Program-made: the position numbers and the translations under genes
Shown here: positions 51,539-64,000 of the stretch, piece after piece
How the letters are laid out: each line of letters starts with the position of its first letter
Numbering within the stretch: the stretch's first letter is position 1
Source of the DNA: Harriotta raleighana
Taxonomy: Eukaryota
Length of the DNA stretch: 64,000 bases
NCBI GenBank assembly: GCA_050575255.1
Contig: JBNZDD010013722.1
Coordinates: 5,450,186-5,514,185, forward strand
Direction of reading: 5' to 3'
The notes under the pieces: generated by a model
What the model was told of the DNA's origin: nothing
The model's input: only the letters and a program-made list of their open reading frames with translations
The model's database searches: none

Positions 51539-52506
51539 GTAAGTGAACAACAAATTAAAAAAATTACATTAATAAAGGGGCCTTTTTTTGGCCAGCTAGG
51601 TATCAAATATGTCTGCCACCTACGCATGGAAATTTCTGTGTCTGGAATATCAATCAATCAAAATTACATTTATATAACGCCTTTCACGTCGGGAGGACGT
51701 TCCAAGGCGCTGTACAATCAAGTAGGGATTAGAGCAGAGGGGGGAGGGTCGGGGGAAGGAAAGTAGAAAAAATTGACTGTTTGTGGGCAAAATATGCACT
51801 CTTCCCCGAGGGATACACCCTATTTATTTAATTCTGAAGAATATTAGACAAAAATTGGTAAGAGTCAAACCATGGTGACCCGAGAGTGCACTGGTTTTCC
51901 TTCTGTGTTGGCATATCCCAAAATAACGTTCTGGATTTCTTTTTCTATTGCTTTTACATACCTCTAGTACATCCTCCATCTCAGCTGTCATTTATTTTTC
52001 TCAAGGCCCTGTTCATCTAAACTAAAAACAAAAGTTGCTGGGAACTCTCAGCATCTGCAGAGAGGGGAAAGTGAGTTAACTTTTCAGGTCAATGATGTTT
52101 CGTCAGAACGCTCCATTTCACAGGATATACTGTAAAGTACAATGACTGTGTACAGTATTTTGTTTTGCTGCAGCCAATTTTGCCCAGCAATGCCCCACAA
52201 ACAACCATAAACTGAAATTTTTAAGTGGGGGTTGTTGACCAGCGCACTGGGATAAACCTTTTTCAAACAGTGCCATGGGATATTCAATGTCCATCAGAAT
52301 AGGCAGACAGGACCTTGGTTTAACTGCTCAGTCAAAGCATGACAGTTCCATCAATGCAGTACACACCCAGAACTGCATTGGATTGTCCTAAATTGTATTC
52401 AAAGTCCTGATGTGGGGTCTTGCAATGAATCTCAAAACATGTCATTTAGAGGTGCATGTCAGAATATGCCTGAATAAAGTTTTGTTACATTTTTTCCTTC
52501 ATAAAG

Positions 52507-52611
52507 CACAACATAATGATTGTCAGACGAAAAGAAGGCATTATCCCTAATATGCCAAAAGCAGAGGAAAGAAGAACAATTTTGGAAGATTACAAAACGG
52601 TACCCTACTAA
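52507..52611 (+). CDS. CHCHD7: CHCHD7 last coding exon (total 85 aa)
   Basis: HNIMIVRRKEGIIPNMPKAEERRTILEDYKTVPY*; pyrimidine tract plus AAG acceptor; AATAAA at 52696-52701. Confidence 0.92.
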   Translation, partial: HNIMIVRRKEGIIPNMPKAEERRTILEDYKTVPY

Positions 52612-53124
52612 TCATGATTCTGTAAATATGTAATTTGACAATATTTAGTTTGCTTTGTTATTTTTGACAAAGACTCTGTAATTTTATATACTTGGAATAA
52701 AAACTTTAATATATGAAATGTGCCAATACTGTTATTAAACTTTTCAAATACTTCACAAATGTGGGTAACAGAATGAAAATAAAAAGGCACTTGAATATCT
52801 GAATATTGATTTGAGAGTGTACAACACAATCCAAAGGGGGAAAATTGCAATGAAATACATGCTGCTTTTGAAGATGCAATCTTCATGGTGATGGTTTAAA
52901 AGAGATGAGGCTCCATTAGCACTTTATGCACCATTTGTTCCTAAATGAATTGGTTGATAAGATAGTTACTGGGGTATCAGTGAATGATTCATAGATTTCC
53001 CACTGATTAATATGTGCTTCAGGAAACTTTTCACCAATTTGTGTTTAGTACGGCATTACTAAATGCAAGGATAATTATTACAATTATTATTTCAACAGAA
53101 TTAATTTTAGCACAGAAAGCACCG

Positions 53125-54195
53125 TTCGGGGCGAAGCCTTAGGTAAATTTCCTTACTCCACACACCTCAGTTTACCTAGCAATAAATAGGATCCCGGTTG
53201 TTAATCGATTGATGGATCGCTTATCCGGGGTAATTATTCCAAATAAATAAAATAATAATTTGGTCACTCAATTCATGACTGTTTGCGGACACTGCTTACC
53301 CCAATTGGATGCTATGTTTCTTCCACAAAATATACAGTCCATTTTTCAATATACTGTATTGGGTGAAGCGCTTTGATACATCTCAACGACGTGATAACAA
53401 AAACAACAAAATTACATTTGTAGAGCGCCTTTTGGGGGCAGGAGAGCATCCCAAAGCCCTGAGAAGGTGCTGTATCAAATTTAAAGATTATGACTGTTCA
53501 AACCATCGAGCTGTTTTGTGCTAGATCACCACTTGATCACCACTTGAGATGCCCACTCTTAATTTCACAAGGAGGCGTGCGTGAAACTTTGCTGCTGGAA
53601 TTTAGCAGGTATCTGCAGATGGAGAGGATACCGACTAGTAAGGAAGTGTGAAGGAGGACACTGAGACTTATAAATATTGTGGTACAACGTCCATCAATCT
53701 AAGAGCTTTAGACATTAACTGGAAATAAATATTATTAATAAAGATACAATGGTCTTCAAATGTTCTAGGAAGTGATCCTGCATGAGAGGCACTAGATAAA
53801 TTATAAATGGAAGTTATTGTTATGGAGTGTGGGGCAGTGGGTGGTGTGTGAAGGTGCTTATCTAGTTCTGTAGTGTAGAGGTTAGTGCACTCACCTTACA
53901 AGCAAGAGGACCCGGGTTTGATTCCTGAGCAAGGCAAAACCTTAGGCAAATTTCCTTACTCCACACACAGGACTTTGTTTAGCTAGCAGTGCATGTTAGT
54001 CGATTGGCAGATTGCCTTCTGGGTGTAATAATCCCTCCAAAATAAAAATAATGTGATCACTCAATCCACACTGATGTGCACAATTGTTTTTGCCCACAAA
54101 AACACAGTCACTACACTTCATAATATATCCTGTAGTGCTTTGAGACATCTCGAAGATGTGGTAAGGCGCTATAGTAAATGCAAGGATTATTATTG
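53125..54195 (+). mobile_element. Two tRNA-SINE copies (~53125-53495 interrupted by an L2 tail; ~53865-54195)
   Basis: tttccttactccacac core and SINE tails. Confidence 0.78.
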
Positions 54196-54898
54196 TTCAG
54201 TATTTTCTGATCTAAGACTTAAAAGCTTCAAAATAGGTGAACATGAAAATGTCTTATGAAATACATTTTTATTGGAAATGTTCTTAATTTGCAGTAACTT
54301 TTTGTAAGTAAATATTTTGTAAGTATTTCATCAGCAGCCCAGGAGTTGTATGCCGTATAAAAACTTTTTCTCTATGTGAGATTTGAGCCATTTTGTGGCA
54401 AATACAAATTAACTAGTCAACTGCTGAAACAAATTGTTTTTTTTCTATATTTAGATGGAAATCATTCAGTGCTGTCCTGATGAAGTACAGTACCACACTT
54501 CTATTCATCATAATCTATTATGTCCTTCACAATTTATCAAATAGATGCATATTTAGGGATGAATACTATACATAACTGGAAAATAACAGCTATTTCAACC
54601 TACAGTGTGTCAGTAAAGTCACAAGATTTCTTAGCACCTGAAATGCTGTGCTGTTTGACACATTGGATAATTTGTTTCATTGTTACATGAAGATAACTTC
54701 CCTCTCTCCTCATCCTCCTGCTTGTGTACTTTTACACTGTCTCAAACTCAGAACAGACAATATGCAACCAACTACAGGCTATGGATCAATTGACCTTCTG
54801 CAGTATCTATGGTTTGTATCTATGGTCCTAATTAGAGATGAGATGGAGTCAGATTGTATCATATTCAAGGAGATGGGTAGCTATTTGACAAATAAATA

Positions 54899-55501
54899 CA
54901 GTAAAAGCCCGTTTATCCGTGACTCAATGAACCGGAAAACCCGTTGAACCGGCATCTCAAAAAAAAGTCCCAATTCGATAAACCGGAAGTTATTCGCAAA
55001 ATGGCGATGACGCACTTAATGAATCGATTGTCGCACATAAGTATTGGGCAGGTATATCGGCTGGCCACTAGGACAGCCTAAAGTCGCGCTACTGCCGTTT
55101 TAAAAAAAAATGGCGCTGCCATTTTTTTTCCTCCCGTGGCGGCCATTGCAGAAGTTAAGTATAAATAATAAAGTACTAATTCAATATTCTGTTATTATAT
55201 CAGTTATTAGTGTATTTAGTCTATTATTTATATAGTATTGTTCAACATGTACAATAAAATAGCCATATAATCTTATTACAGTATCTGTTAATACTGTATT
55301 TACTCTATTATTTATATAGTATAGTGTTCAGCATTTACAATAAAATGCTCATACAATATTCTTATTATCTGTTATTATTTAGTCTATTATTAATATGGTA
55401 TGTGTTAAAATAATTTTTAATTTTAAAAAAAGTTCAACCGGAAAGCCTTTTAACCGGCACTGGCCAGGTCCTGTGGGTGCCGGATAAATGGGCTTTTACT
55501 G
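54899..55501. mobile_element. Tigger/pogo-like MITE, 603 bp
   Basis: 21-bp TIRs CAGTAAAAGCCCGTTTATCCG / CGGATAAATGGGCTTTTACTG (1 mismatch) with TA target duplication at 54897-54898 and 55502-55503. Confidence 0.9.
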
Positions 55502-55564
55502 TAGTTTGAGGGATATGAGGGAGCAAGATCATTTTAACTATGAATCTGATCAGATAAATTATAG

Positions 55565-55915
55565 TAGAATCATAGAATTATATAGGACAATAGGAGGCCA
55601 TTCTGTCCATCGAGGCAAGGCATCTGCTGGCTCTTGAAAGAGCTATCCAAATTAATCCCACTGCCCCTCTTAGCGCCCTGCAAATTTGTCCTCTCCAAAT
55701 CTACATCTTTTATGAAAATTGTTATTGAATTGGCTTCCACCCATCCTTTCAGGCAACACATTCCAGATCCGAACAACTCGCTGCATGAAAACATTTCTCC
55801 TCAGCTCCCCTCTGGTTCTTCTGACAACTATTTTAAATCTGTGTTCCCTGGTTACTGACCCACCCACCAGTAGAAACAGTTTCTTCCTGTTCATGCTATC
55901 AAATCCCTTCAAGTG
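55565..55915 (-). mobile_element. CR1 LINE 3' end
   Basis: Minus frame KGFDSMNRKKLF..RRNVFMQRVVRIWN and (tagaatca) tail. Confidence 0.85.
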
Positions 55916-56929
55916 TCTTTTTATTTTCATAGCTGTGAATTCAAGCCTCCACTTTCACCCCACTTAGGTTGACACTTCAATGGTGGGGAGTGCTGCATTG
56001 TTAAGAGGTACCATGCTCTGATTGAAACATTAAATTGAGGTCAGGTCTACCTGTTCCAAGTGGATATCAAGGATACCAGGGCACTGAAAAGCGCTATATG
56101 AATGTAAATTGTTTCATATCTGCAAATCAAGATATCATGCTTGTTGATATCAAAAGCATATGCTTTTACACTTTGAAACAACTCAAGATGACTGAAAAGT
56201 TACTGTGACTTTTGAAAGCACGAGCTGGGTTCCACAAACAAACCAAGAGGTGAAAAGTCAATTAATCTGAAGTCTTAACGGACAGTACATCAGAAAAAAA
56301 TTCCTTTTCTTTTCAAGTATCACAGGATATTTACTTGAACAAGCAAACAGTAGAAATTAGTTTAATGTCCAAATGCTGTCACTTCCAACCAAGTATTGCT
56401 CCCCTAGTACTGTAATATTATATTATTTATTATTATTACCAGAGTTCCACCTACACAATGAGCTGGCACGGATTTTTATTTCCAGAAATATCTACCAGGA
56501 AGCAGTGTTGAGTGTTAACCTGATCAAAGGTGTTATAAAGTCTTTTTGTCACAAATATCCTTTCCATCCCACAATCCCTTCACCTTGTTGCCTCCCTCAA
56601 GGCCAGAGTCAAGACTCTCCTTTTTGACCGTGCCTGAAGCCGCCCTCCTATATCTTCTCCCTCCCTCGTCTCCCACCTCCCCCCACACCGCCTTCCCCAT
56701 GCTCCGGTCCTGACCCTCAACTATTTAGCAACTGTTTTGGGACATCCTCCTGATGTGAAAGACGCTCTACAAATGTAGTTTTGTTGATGTGCTGAACCAC
56801 TAGTGTTGCTTATCTATCATCCAAATGATGTGGTTAGATATCAACCCAATTCAGGTGCTAGCACTTCCACCTGTGAGTCAAAAGAATGTAGGTTCAAGCC
56901 TCAGGTGAGCTTTTGGATGCCATGGCACT

Positions 56930-57610
56930 GTTTGCATGTAAACCTCAGTGTCCTGTTCAACCCTCAACTGTCCTTAATTCCCCACATTCATGCCATGATC
57001 CAATCTGCCCTTCCCCACATTGGCAACATTTCCTAGCTCTGTCACTGCCTCACACCACAGGCTGCTGAAACCCCCATACACGGATTCATAACATTGAGGC
57101 TCGACTGCACAAACTCCCTGCTTGTCGACCTCCTCAACTCCTCCCTCCACAGGCTGCAGATCATCCAGAAGATTGAGGGGAGACCTAATAGAGGTTTATA
57201 AGATCATGAGGGGTTTTGACAGGGCAAATAGAGAAAAACTATTTCCACTCGTGGGCGAATCTGTGACTCGTGGTCACAGATTTAAAATAGTTTCAAAGCG
57301 AAGTAGAGGGGAGCTGAGGAGAAATTTTTTCACTCAGCGAGTTGTTCGAATCTGGAATGCATTGCCTGAAAAGGTGGTGGAGGCTGATTCGATAACAACT
57401 TTTAAAAGGGAATTAGATCTTTATTTAGGGAGAACAGGTCTATTAGGCTATGGGGAGCGAGCAGGGCAGTGGGATTAAATCGCTCTTTTCAAAGAGCCGG
57501 CTCAGACTAGATGGGCCGAATGGCCTCCTTTTGTGCCGTAAACTTCTATGAATCTATGAATCTATGAACTCTGCAGCCCATATTCTCTCCCATACCAGGT
57601 TCCGTGACCG
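56930..57610 (+). mobile_element. L2 fragment with a nested CR1 3' end (~57165-57567)
   Basis: The L2 phrase ctgcagatcatccagaa|ctctgcagccc is split by CR1 sequence (RRLRGDLIEVYKI..) ending in (tctatgaa)n. Confidence 0.85.
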
Positions 57611-57619
57611 TATCAGTCC

Positions 57620-59068
57620 CAACCCACAATAATAAAATTGGTCATTTTCAATCCACGACTGTTTGTGGGACACTGCTGTGCGCAATTGGCTGCCGCGATT
57701 CATCCACAAATATACAGTCAATTCACTTTACAGTATATTCCCAGAAGCGCTTTGAGACGTTGATAAGATGTGAAAAGTGCTACATCAAATGCAAAGATTA
57801 TTATTATTATCCTCACCCGACACCTCTGATGAAACTTGTAATTATTTTAAAGAGGAACAAAATGTAGATGTGTGGGGAAACTTCAGAGATTTGGGTTGGT
57901 GTGGTCAGCTCCAATGGGAGAAACTGTCAACACGATTGACAAAAGAGGTTGTATGGCTTCTTTTATGTATTGTATTATAATAATTGTCACAGAATTATCT
58001 AAACACATTTTCAAAATAGGAAACTGAATAGCTCAATCACACCCTCTAGAGGTAGTATAAATCATTGCATTGTTTGTTGTATTTTGTACAATGGTATTCT
58101 TTCATTGGCAGTTTATTTATAAGATTTCTAAATTTAAAGTAGCTTTATATGGAAATCCACTGAAGTTAGTGGATTTTTAATTCGTTGTAATTGACTGTTT
58201 TGGGGAGTGAAGAGAAATTAGGGATTGGAATGTTTTGAAATAAATAAATATTAATAATCCTTGGTATTGCGGTTTTCACATCTTCTAAACATCTCAAAGT
58301 GCTTCACAGAATATACTGTAAAATGAATTGACTATATTTGTGGGTGAAATGCCACAGCCAATTGTGCACAGCGATGTCCCACAAACAGTCGTGGATTGAA
58401 ATGACCAATTTTATTATTGTGGTTTTTTTTGGACGGATTATTATTAGGCATGTGGAGCAAGGAAACTTGCCCAAGGTTTCGCCCTGATCTGCCTGGATTC
58501 GAACACAGGTCTCACTCTTGTAAGATGAGTGCTCTAACCATTAAGTTGCAGAACTCCGCAAAGAAATATGAAGCATATGAAAGAGTGGGGCTTTAAGGAA
58601 TGTAAGGAAAAAATAATAATTAATAATTCTTGTATTTGATTTAACATTTTTCATGTTTACTAGACTTCTCAAAACGCTTCATAGAATATGCTATAAATTG
58701 AATGTATATTTGTGGATGAAATAATAATCTTTGCATTTGATATGCCGCCTTATCAAGTCCTGTAGCTCAGTCGTTAGATTACTTGCTTTACAAGCGGGAG
58801 ATCTGGGTTCAATTCCAGGTAGGACGAAACCTTTGGCAAGTTTCCTTACTCCACACTCCTAATAATAATCCCTCAAAAAAAAAAAAAAAATTAGTCATTT
58901 CAATCCGAGACTTTTTGTGAGACACTGCTGTGTGTGAAACACTGCTGTGTGCAATTCACTGCCGTGTTTCGCCCACAAAAATGCCGTCAATTCACTTTAC
59001 AGTATATTCTGTGAAGCGCTTTGAGACATCCAGAAGACATCAATAGCGCCAAATGCAAGGATTATTAT
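57620..59068. mobile_element. tRNA-SINE cluster (~57620-57810 +, ~58250-58554 -, partial tails ~58610-58755 -, 58757-59068 +)
   Basis: All match the 49571 SINE. Confidence 0.85.
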
Positions 59069-59794
59069 TTGTTCTTGCCTCTCAATCAAAAAAAGACTTT
59101 GAGCTCAGTCAAATATAGACCAACTTATGTTGCTAAAGTGAAAATAAAACAAGTGAAGCATTCAAGTTGAACCTGCAACCTGCTTAGTTTATAGCATTTT
59201 CACATTAGAGTCAGAATGTTCAAGCCACTCCAGAGCAATACTGGGAGAGCACTGCATTATGCGAGGTGCTGTCTTGCTTTAAAACCTGTTCAGTTGGATG
59301 TTAAAGAACCCTTGATCTTTGGGGAAAAAAAGGGAGTTTCTCTTTGTCTGCTGAGGAATGCTGCCGGCATTCTCACCCGCACCAAACTTTGTAACCCAAT
59401 TAACTCAGTCCTTGTTATTGTTGTTGTCCTTACTAAACAGCACTGGCTCTCTGTCACAGAGTGGATCAACTTCAAGAATCTCACACTTGTGTTTAAATTC
59501 CTCCACCCCTTACCTCTTGAACATCCTCTTCTCACAGCTGCTTCCACTCTACTGGATCCAGCTTCTTCCTTGTCCCCCAAACCCATCGGAGGCCGTGCTT
59601 TCAGCCACTATGCCCAAAACTTTGGAACTCCCTCCCTCTTCACCTCATTCCCTCCTTTCCTATCTTCAGTTTGTGCCCTTCTCTTTGATGGTGCTTGCAG
59701 TCTCCTTCCCCCTCCACCTTGCTTGGACTCGGGCTCTACTATTGTTAAGTGCTCTGAGACACAGCCCGGCATGGCAGGCACTATATTAATGCAA

Positions 59795-60001
59795 AACGCA
59801 AAATATTACAGTTGCTGGAAATCTGAAAGAAAAACAGAAGTTGCTGGGAAAACTCAGCAGATCAGGCAGCATCTATGGAGAAAGGAAAGTAAGTCAATGT
59901 TTCGGGTCCACAACCCTTCATCGGTTCTGATGCCGCCTGCTCTGCTCCTCCTCGATGCTGCCTGACCTGCCGAGTTTTCCCAGCAACTTCTGTTTTTGTG
60001 T
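59795..60001. mobile_element. Palindromic Penelope-like non-autonomous element inserted in an L2 tail
   Basis: 44-bp inverted repeat (59830-59873 / 59954-59997); flanking 15-bp direct repeat actatattaatgcaa (59780-59794, 60002-60016). Host L2 spans ~59340-60025. Confidence 0.75.
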
Positions 60002-61204
60002 ACTATATTAATGCAAGTTGTTGTTTATTCCCGAGATAAAATGGAACTTATGAGATAGGAGAAGTAGGTTGAACATAAAATGTACAGAAATAAAGAGCCA
60101 AAGAGAGAAAAAATACACAACAATTTCTTTCACGTCCTGAGGTTTTGAAACCCATTTGTGACAGAGCTTCCCCGCTGTAGGAGGGCTTGGGTCATGCTTA
60201 GAAAACATAACTTGCACAACAGTTTTAACAACAAAAGGGTTTATTTTGAAAAGGGGAATTCTATCTTTTTACATTCATCTTCCCCAGACTCCCTTGACTG
60301 CTCACTGGCCCCCATCTTTATAACTGATTGCTCATTAACCTGTGGCTTGTTCCCAATTATCACTTTGGGCTGGAACTCCAGCCCTTGTTAACCCCATGGG
60401 ATTTTGCTGTCTTTTACCGAGATACACCCCCACAAGAATTTGCTCCTTTACACATAGTTTGAGCGGCAATATCTATAAAAGGCAGTGACAGGGTTTATCC
60501 TCACCACAGCAGCTGACATTGGAACTTAACGGTTTATCAACTGTATTTGTTTTGCCTGATGTTAGTGATATACAGTATATAGGCACTCTTCAAATCATGT
60601 TCTGGGAATAGTTATGTGTCCCACCACTCATCAGTAAGACATCTGTCCTTATGTTCTTGCATCTGTATGCCATCTGTTCTTACGATGCCAATCTGATGCT
60701 ATTTCTACTGTTGGAAACAAATTGAAACGTCTTCGAACAGCAGAGAAATTTGGTGCATGAAACAAGATCCATATTTCCCAGCTCCATTATTACCTTCACC
60801 AGGAGCTGAGGTGTCCACTGCATATCCATCCACTTGAGCAGGAGCAAAGAGTTCCAAATGTCCAACGCTGGTTATTTATTTATTTGCATTACCAAAGAGC
60901 AGTCAGTGTAACTTTCTCTTTATTAACAATTAAAAAAAATCCATTGAAAGTTCTCGGGCAATTTTAAAGGACTGAAAGAATTTCTATCATCAGCACTTAT
61001 TGTACATTGCGTATCAATTTTCTGCTGAAAGCCCATTGAGAGGACCTGTAAACTCGAGCTATTCTTCTGTTCAATGGCTCTTCGTCATGTCCGCTTTGTT
61101 GTTGAATGGTTGATATTGTGCTGTGTTGTGGTGTATAACGTTGCTACTGTATTTAACACTTTATTCATGTGACCGGTTATCTAGATTTTCCCCTTTTTTT
61201 GTAG

Positions 61205-61530
61205 AGAACAATAATAATCCTTGCATCTTGTTATAGCATCTTTCACATCGGGAAAACTTCCCAATGTGCTTCACAGGATTTATCGTGAAATGGAATATCT
61301 GTATATTTGTAGGCGAATGCAGCAGCTCAATTACACACTACAGTGTCCCACAAAGAGTCATGAAATGTTATCAACCAATTTTATTTGGAGGATTGTTGGT
61401 CGGGACACCAGGAGAAACTATAATAGAGTATAATAATAATCCTTACATTTAATATTGCACCGTATCACATTAGCAAGGCATCCCAAAGCACTTCACAGGA
61501 TTTACTGTAAGGTACTGTATATCGACTATT
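61205..61530 (-). mobile_element. Old SINE 3' fragments
   Basis: aataataatccttgcat..gcttcacaggattt tails; similar pieces at ~62385-62560 and ~62755-62835. Confidence 0.6.
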
Positions 61531-63368
61531 GTAAAGCAAACTGCAAAAATGTGTGTACACACTGAAGAGCTTAATTGCAATTATTCATCAGTGCCTTAAC
61601 TTTAACAAATCACTGTAAAACAATGTTACTAAAGGAAAAAAAAACTATCTTATTTCATATTTCTCAAAGGCTTTTAGACACAATAGGATAATTACTCAGT
61701 CTTCCATTGCCTTCTTCCTACAGTGAAGAACACATATTCACCTACAAATGCACAGCCACTGCACTTTGCAGTAAAACAATTTGAAACTTTGACGACATAG
61801 GTCTGTGTGTCCAATACAGGGATTATTTATGAAATCATTTTTACATGTGGGGCAAAGCAAATAGAAACAGGAAAAGCATAAAAGGTAATTTTCAACAAAT
61901 TTGAAAGTCACGTTTAATTGTTCCAAAAATACATTGAACAGCAAGTTGCAATTTTGTAAAAATACCAGTAAGAAAAATTAATTTGGAAGAAAGAAAATAA
62001 AATGTACATTTTTCATTAAAAAAACCTGTGAATATACAACAGATTATTCATCACCCGAAAGTCAAAAATAGATTAATATATGGTTGACCACACATGGAAT
62101 TCCACGTTTTTGAAAATTCAGATTTGCAGAATTACATACTGTATTCACTTTCATTTATTTATTGTTAAATGTTAAGCTTTGTTAAACAATTGCATACTAT
62201 TTTAAAAGACCCAATTTTACAACAAAGCAAAACAAACTTCTCTATTCACTGTGTGGAGAACCTCAATTTTTCTTGGCATGACCTTTGAATTTATCCATTA
62301 GTTGGAAAGAACCAAAATAATCTCCAAAGACAATCCCAAGTTTCAAAGGAAGGATACTGCAGAAAAAGAAAAACATGGGTGGTTATAATAAATAATCCTT
62401 ACATTATCAACAGCACCTTTCATGTCGGGAGAACATTTCAAGGCAATTCACAGGATTTTACTTTCAAGTGTAGTGACAATGCATTTTGTTGAGGACCGCC
62501 ACTGCAGCCAATTCCCACAAACAGCCATTATAAGGCCATTAAGTGAATGACCAATGTTACCTGGTTTACTGGTCCCTGGAACACTCACCTCCTTTTCAAA
62601 CAGTACCATGGGATCTGTTTGAACATCTGCCTACACAGGCAAATGGGACCTAAGTTTAACATCCTCAGAAAGCAACCTCCAGCAATGTACTGCAATAATG
62701 CGGCATCTTAGGGTTAGGATGAACTCACATCCTTCAGAGTTAGAGGGCAAGAAGAAGAATTCTTGCATTTGACATAATCCCATTGATATTAGGACATCAC
62801 AAAGTGCTGCACAGGATTTATTGTAAAGTTATTGACTGTGTGTTTTATAGGTGAATATCTTGACAACTTGTGTGACTACTGTATAATCCATGAGACAGGT
62901 AGCATAGTTTGGGTTTTGCTGATCAAAGAGCACAGTGAAGTTAGGAAAAAACCAACTTTTAGAGGATGTTACTCCAATCATAAATGGAGCAACCCTCATA
63001 ATGAGATGCAATATCTTTTCAGCTGTTAACCCTATGCTATGTTTGTACTTCAGCGACCTAACTAAGAGCAAATGAGAATTACAGGAATTGAGCCCAACAA
63101 CAATACCCCTCTCCTACATTCCTCTATTCCCCTTTGGGAGGGTGTACACCCACTTTCCATGTTTCTGAAATTAGGAGTTGAAAAATAATGTGATGTCTTA
63201 CTGAGCAAATAAAGTCCCAAGACATAATAAGTTCACATTTGACAGTATTTACATACAGCAAATATTACGAATCTATCTTCACTCGCAGACACTTGCTGGG
63301 CAGAACAAGGAAGGAAACAAATGGCAGATTTGCTTCTCTCCCCTTCCACTCATTATTCCAATGAGGTA

Positions 63369-63950
63369 CGGGTATCCCCCGATTTACGACAGGGTTGCGT
63401 TCCTGAAAAACGTCACACAAGTCGAAATGTCGTAAATTGGAATGTGGTTTCCCATGTGGTCCCATTATATAACCCAAGATGCGTTCTTTTGTCAAAATTT
63501 TCAGACCTTCAACCCACTAAAATAACACACAAAACATACATAGGCAAGATTTAGTATCTAAAATAATGACTCTGCATTTTATTTTTACCACTAGCGGAAT
63601 TACTGCTGCTCATTTCACTTACCGGTCTCTTTTCTGACATTGTAGAAATGTGATAACGAGGCTGTAAAATCGCTTGAAATTGCATGGTGTTGCTTCAAAA
63701 GAAGCTGGCTTTTAAAACACTAAAAAAAAAGCTTTTACCGCTTAAAAAAAAAGTTTACCTTAGAAAAAATGTGACACCGCCAACCAATTTGTGTAAAGAG
63801 CGCACAGTACTTACAAAAGAGCAGAGTCCACAAAACAGACATCCACAAAAGAGATAATGTTTTGGCTGAGGTGAGCATCAATTGCGATAATGCTCTCCAG
63901 TGGTGGGAGGCTAATTTGGGTCGCAGCAAAAAAAGGTTGGGAACCACTCA
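63369..63950. mobile_element. DNA-transposon fossils (Tigger-like left end at 63369; hAT-like terminus near 63920-63949)
   Basis: TA followed by CGGGTATCCCCCGATTTACG resembles Tigger TIRs; aaaaaaggttgggaaccact resembles hAT/Charlie termini. No partner ends are visible. Confidence 0.4.
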
Positions 63951-64000
63951 CATAGCGACATGTTATCCGCCAGTTCAATCTCTTGGATACAGTATACAAC

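Noticed and set aside
51539-51766. Extension of the CHCHD7 exon-2 ORF
   Set aside because: Intronic read-through past the GTAAGT donor into an L2-tail element.
59216-59965. 249-aa ORF
   Set aside because: Runs through Deu-SINE, L2 and Penelope-like fragments; a chance mosaic.
60050-63300. Searched for exons of the next syntenic gene (SDR16C5/PENK)
   Set aside because: No recognisable coding exon; ORFs 60680-60865 and 62829-63071 have no identifiable motifs.

Overview
Vertebrate genomic DNA, most likely a cartilaginous fish (holocephalan/shark-type tRNA-SINE, L2, CR1, Deu-SINE and Penelope-like repeats). It carries the conserved gnathostome block RPS20(-, hosting SNORD54) - MOS(-, intronless) - PLAG1(-) <> CHCHD7(+), the last two head-to-head across a ~200-bp GC-rich bidirectional promoter. 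All four coding genes were reconstructed by hand with canonical GT-AG junctions: RPS20 119 aa, MOS 331 aa, PLAG1 501 aa, CHCHD7 85 aa. The best lead is the multi-exon PLAG1 5' leader. It holds a series of upstream ORFs (42 aa in exon 1, 17 aa in a middle exon, and a 7-aa/39-aa pair whose second ORF overlaps the main start). Their start codons, and for the first two also stops and several residues, appear to match the human leader as I recall it, suggesting an ancient uORF/micropeptide translational-control system. Other leads are a structured element in the RPS20 5'UTR, a hammerhead-like ribozyme core just past the putative PLAG1 poly(A) site, and a miRNA-site cluster in a very long PLAG1 3'UTR. 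All human comparisons are from memory, not a database search. Repeat boundaries are approximate. The assembly has one 158-N gap and several single-N false duplications.
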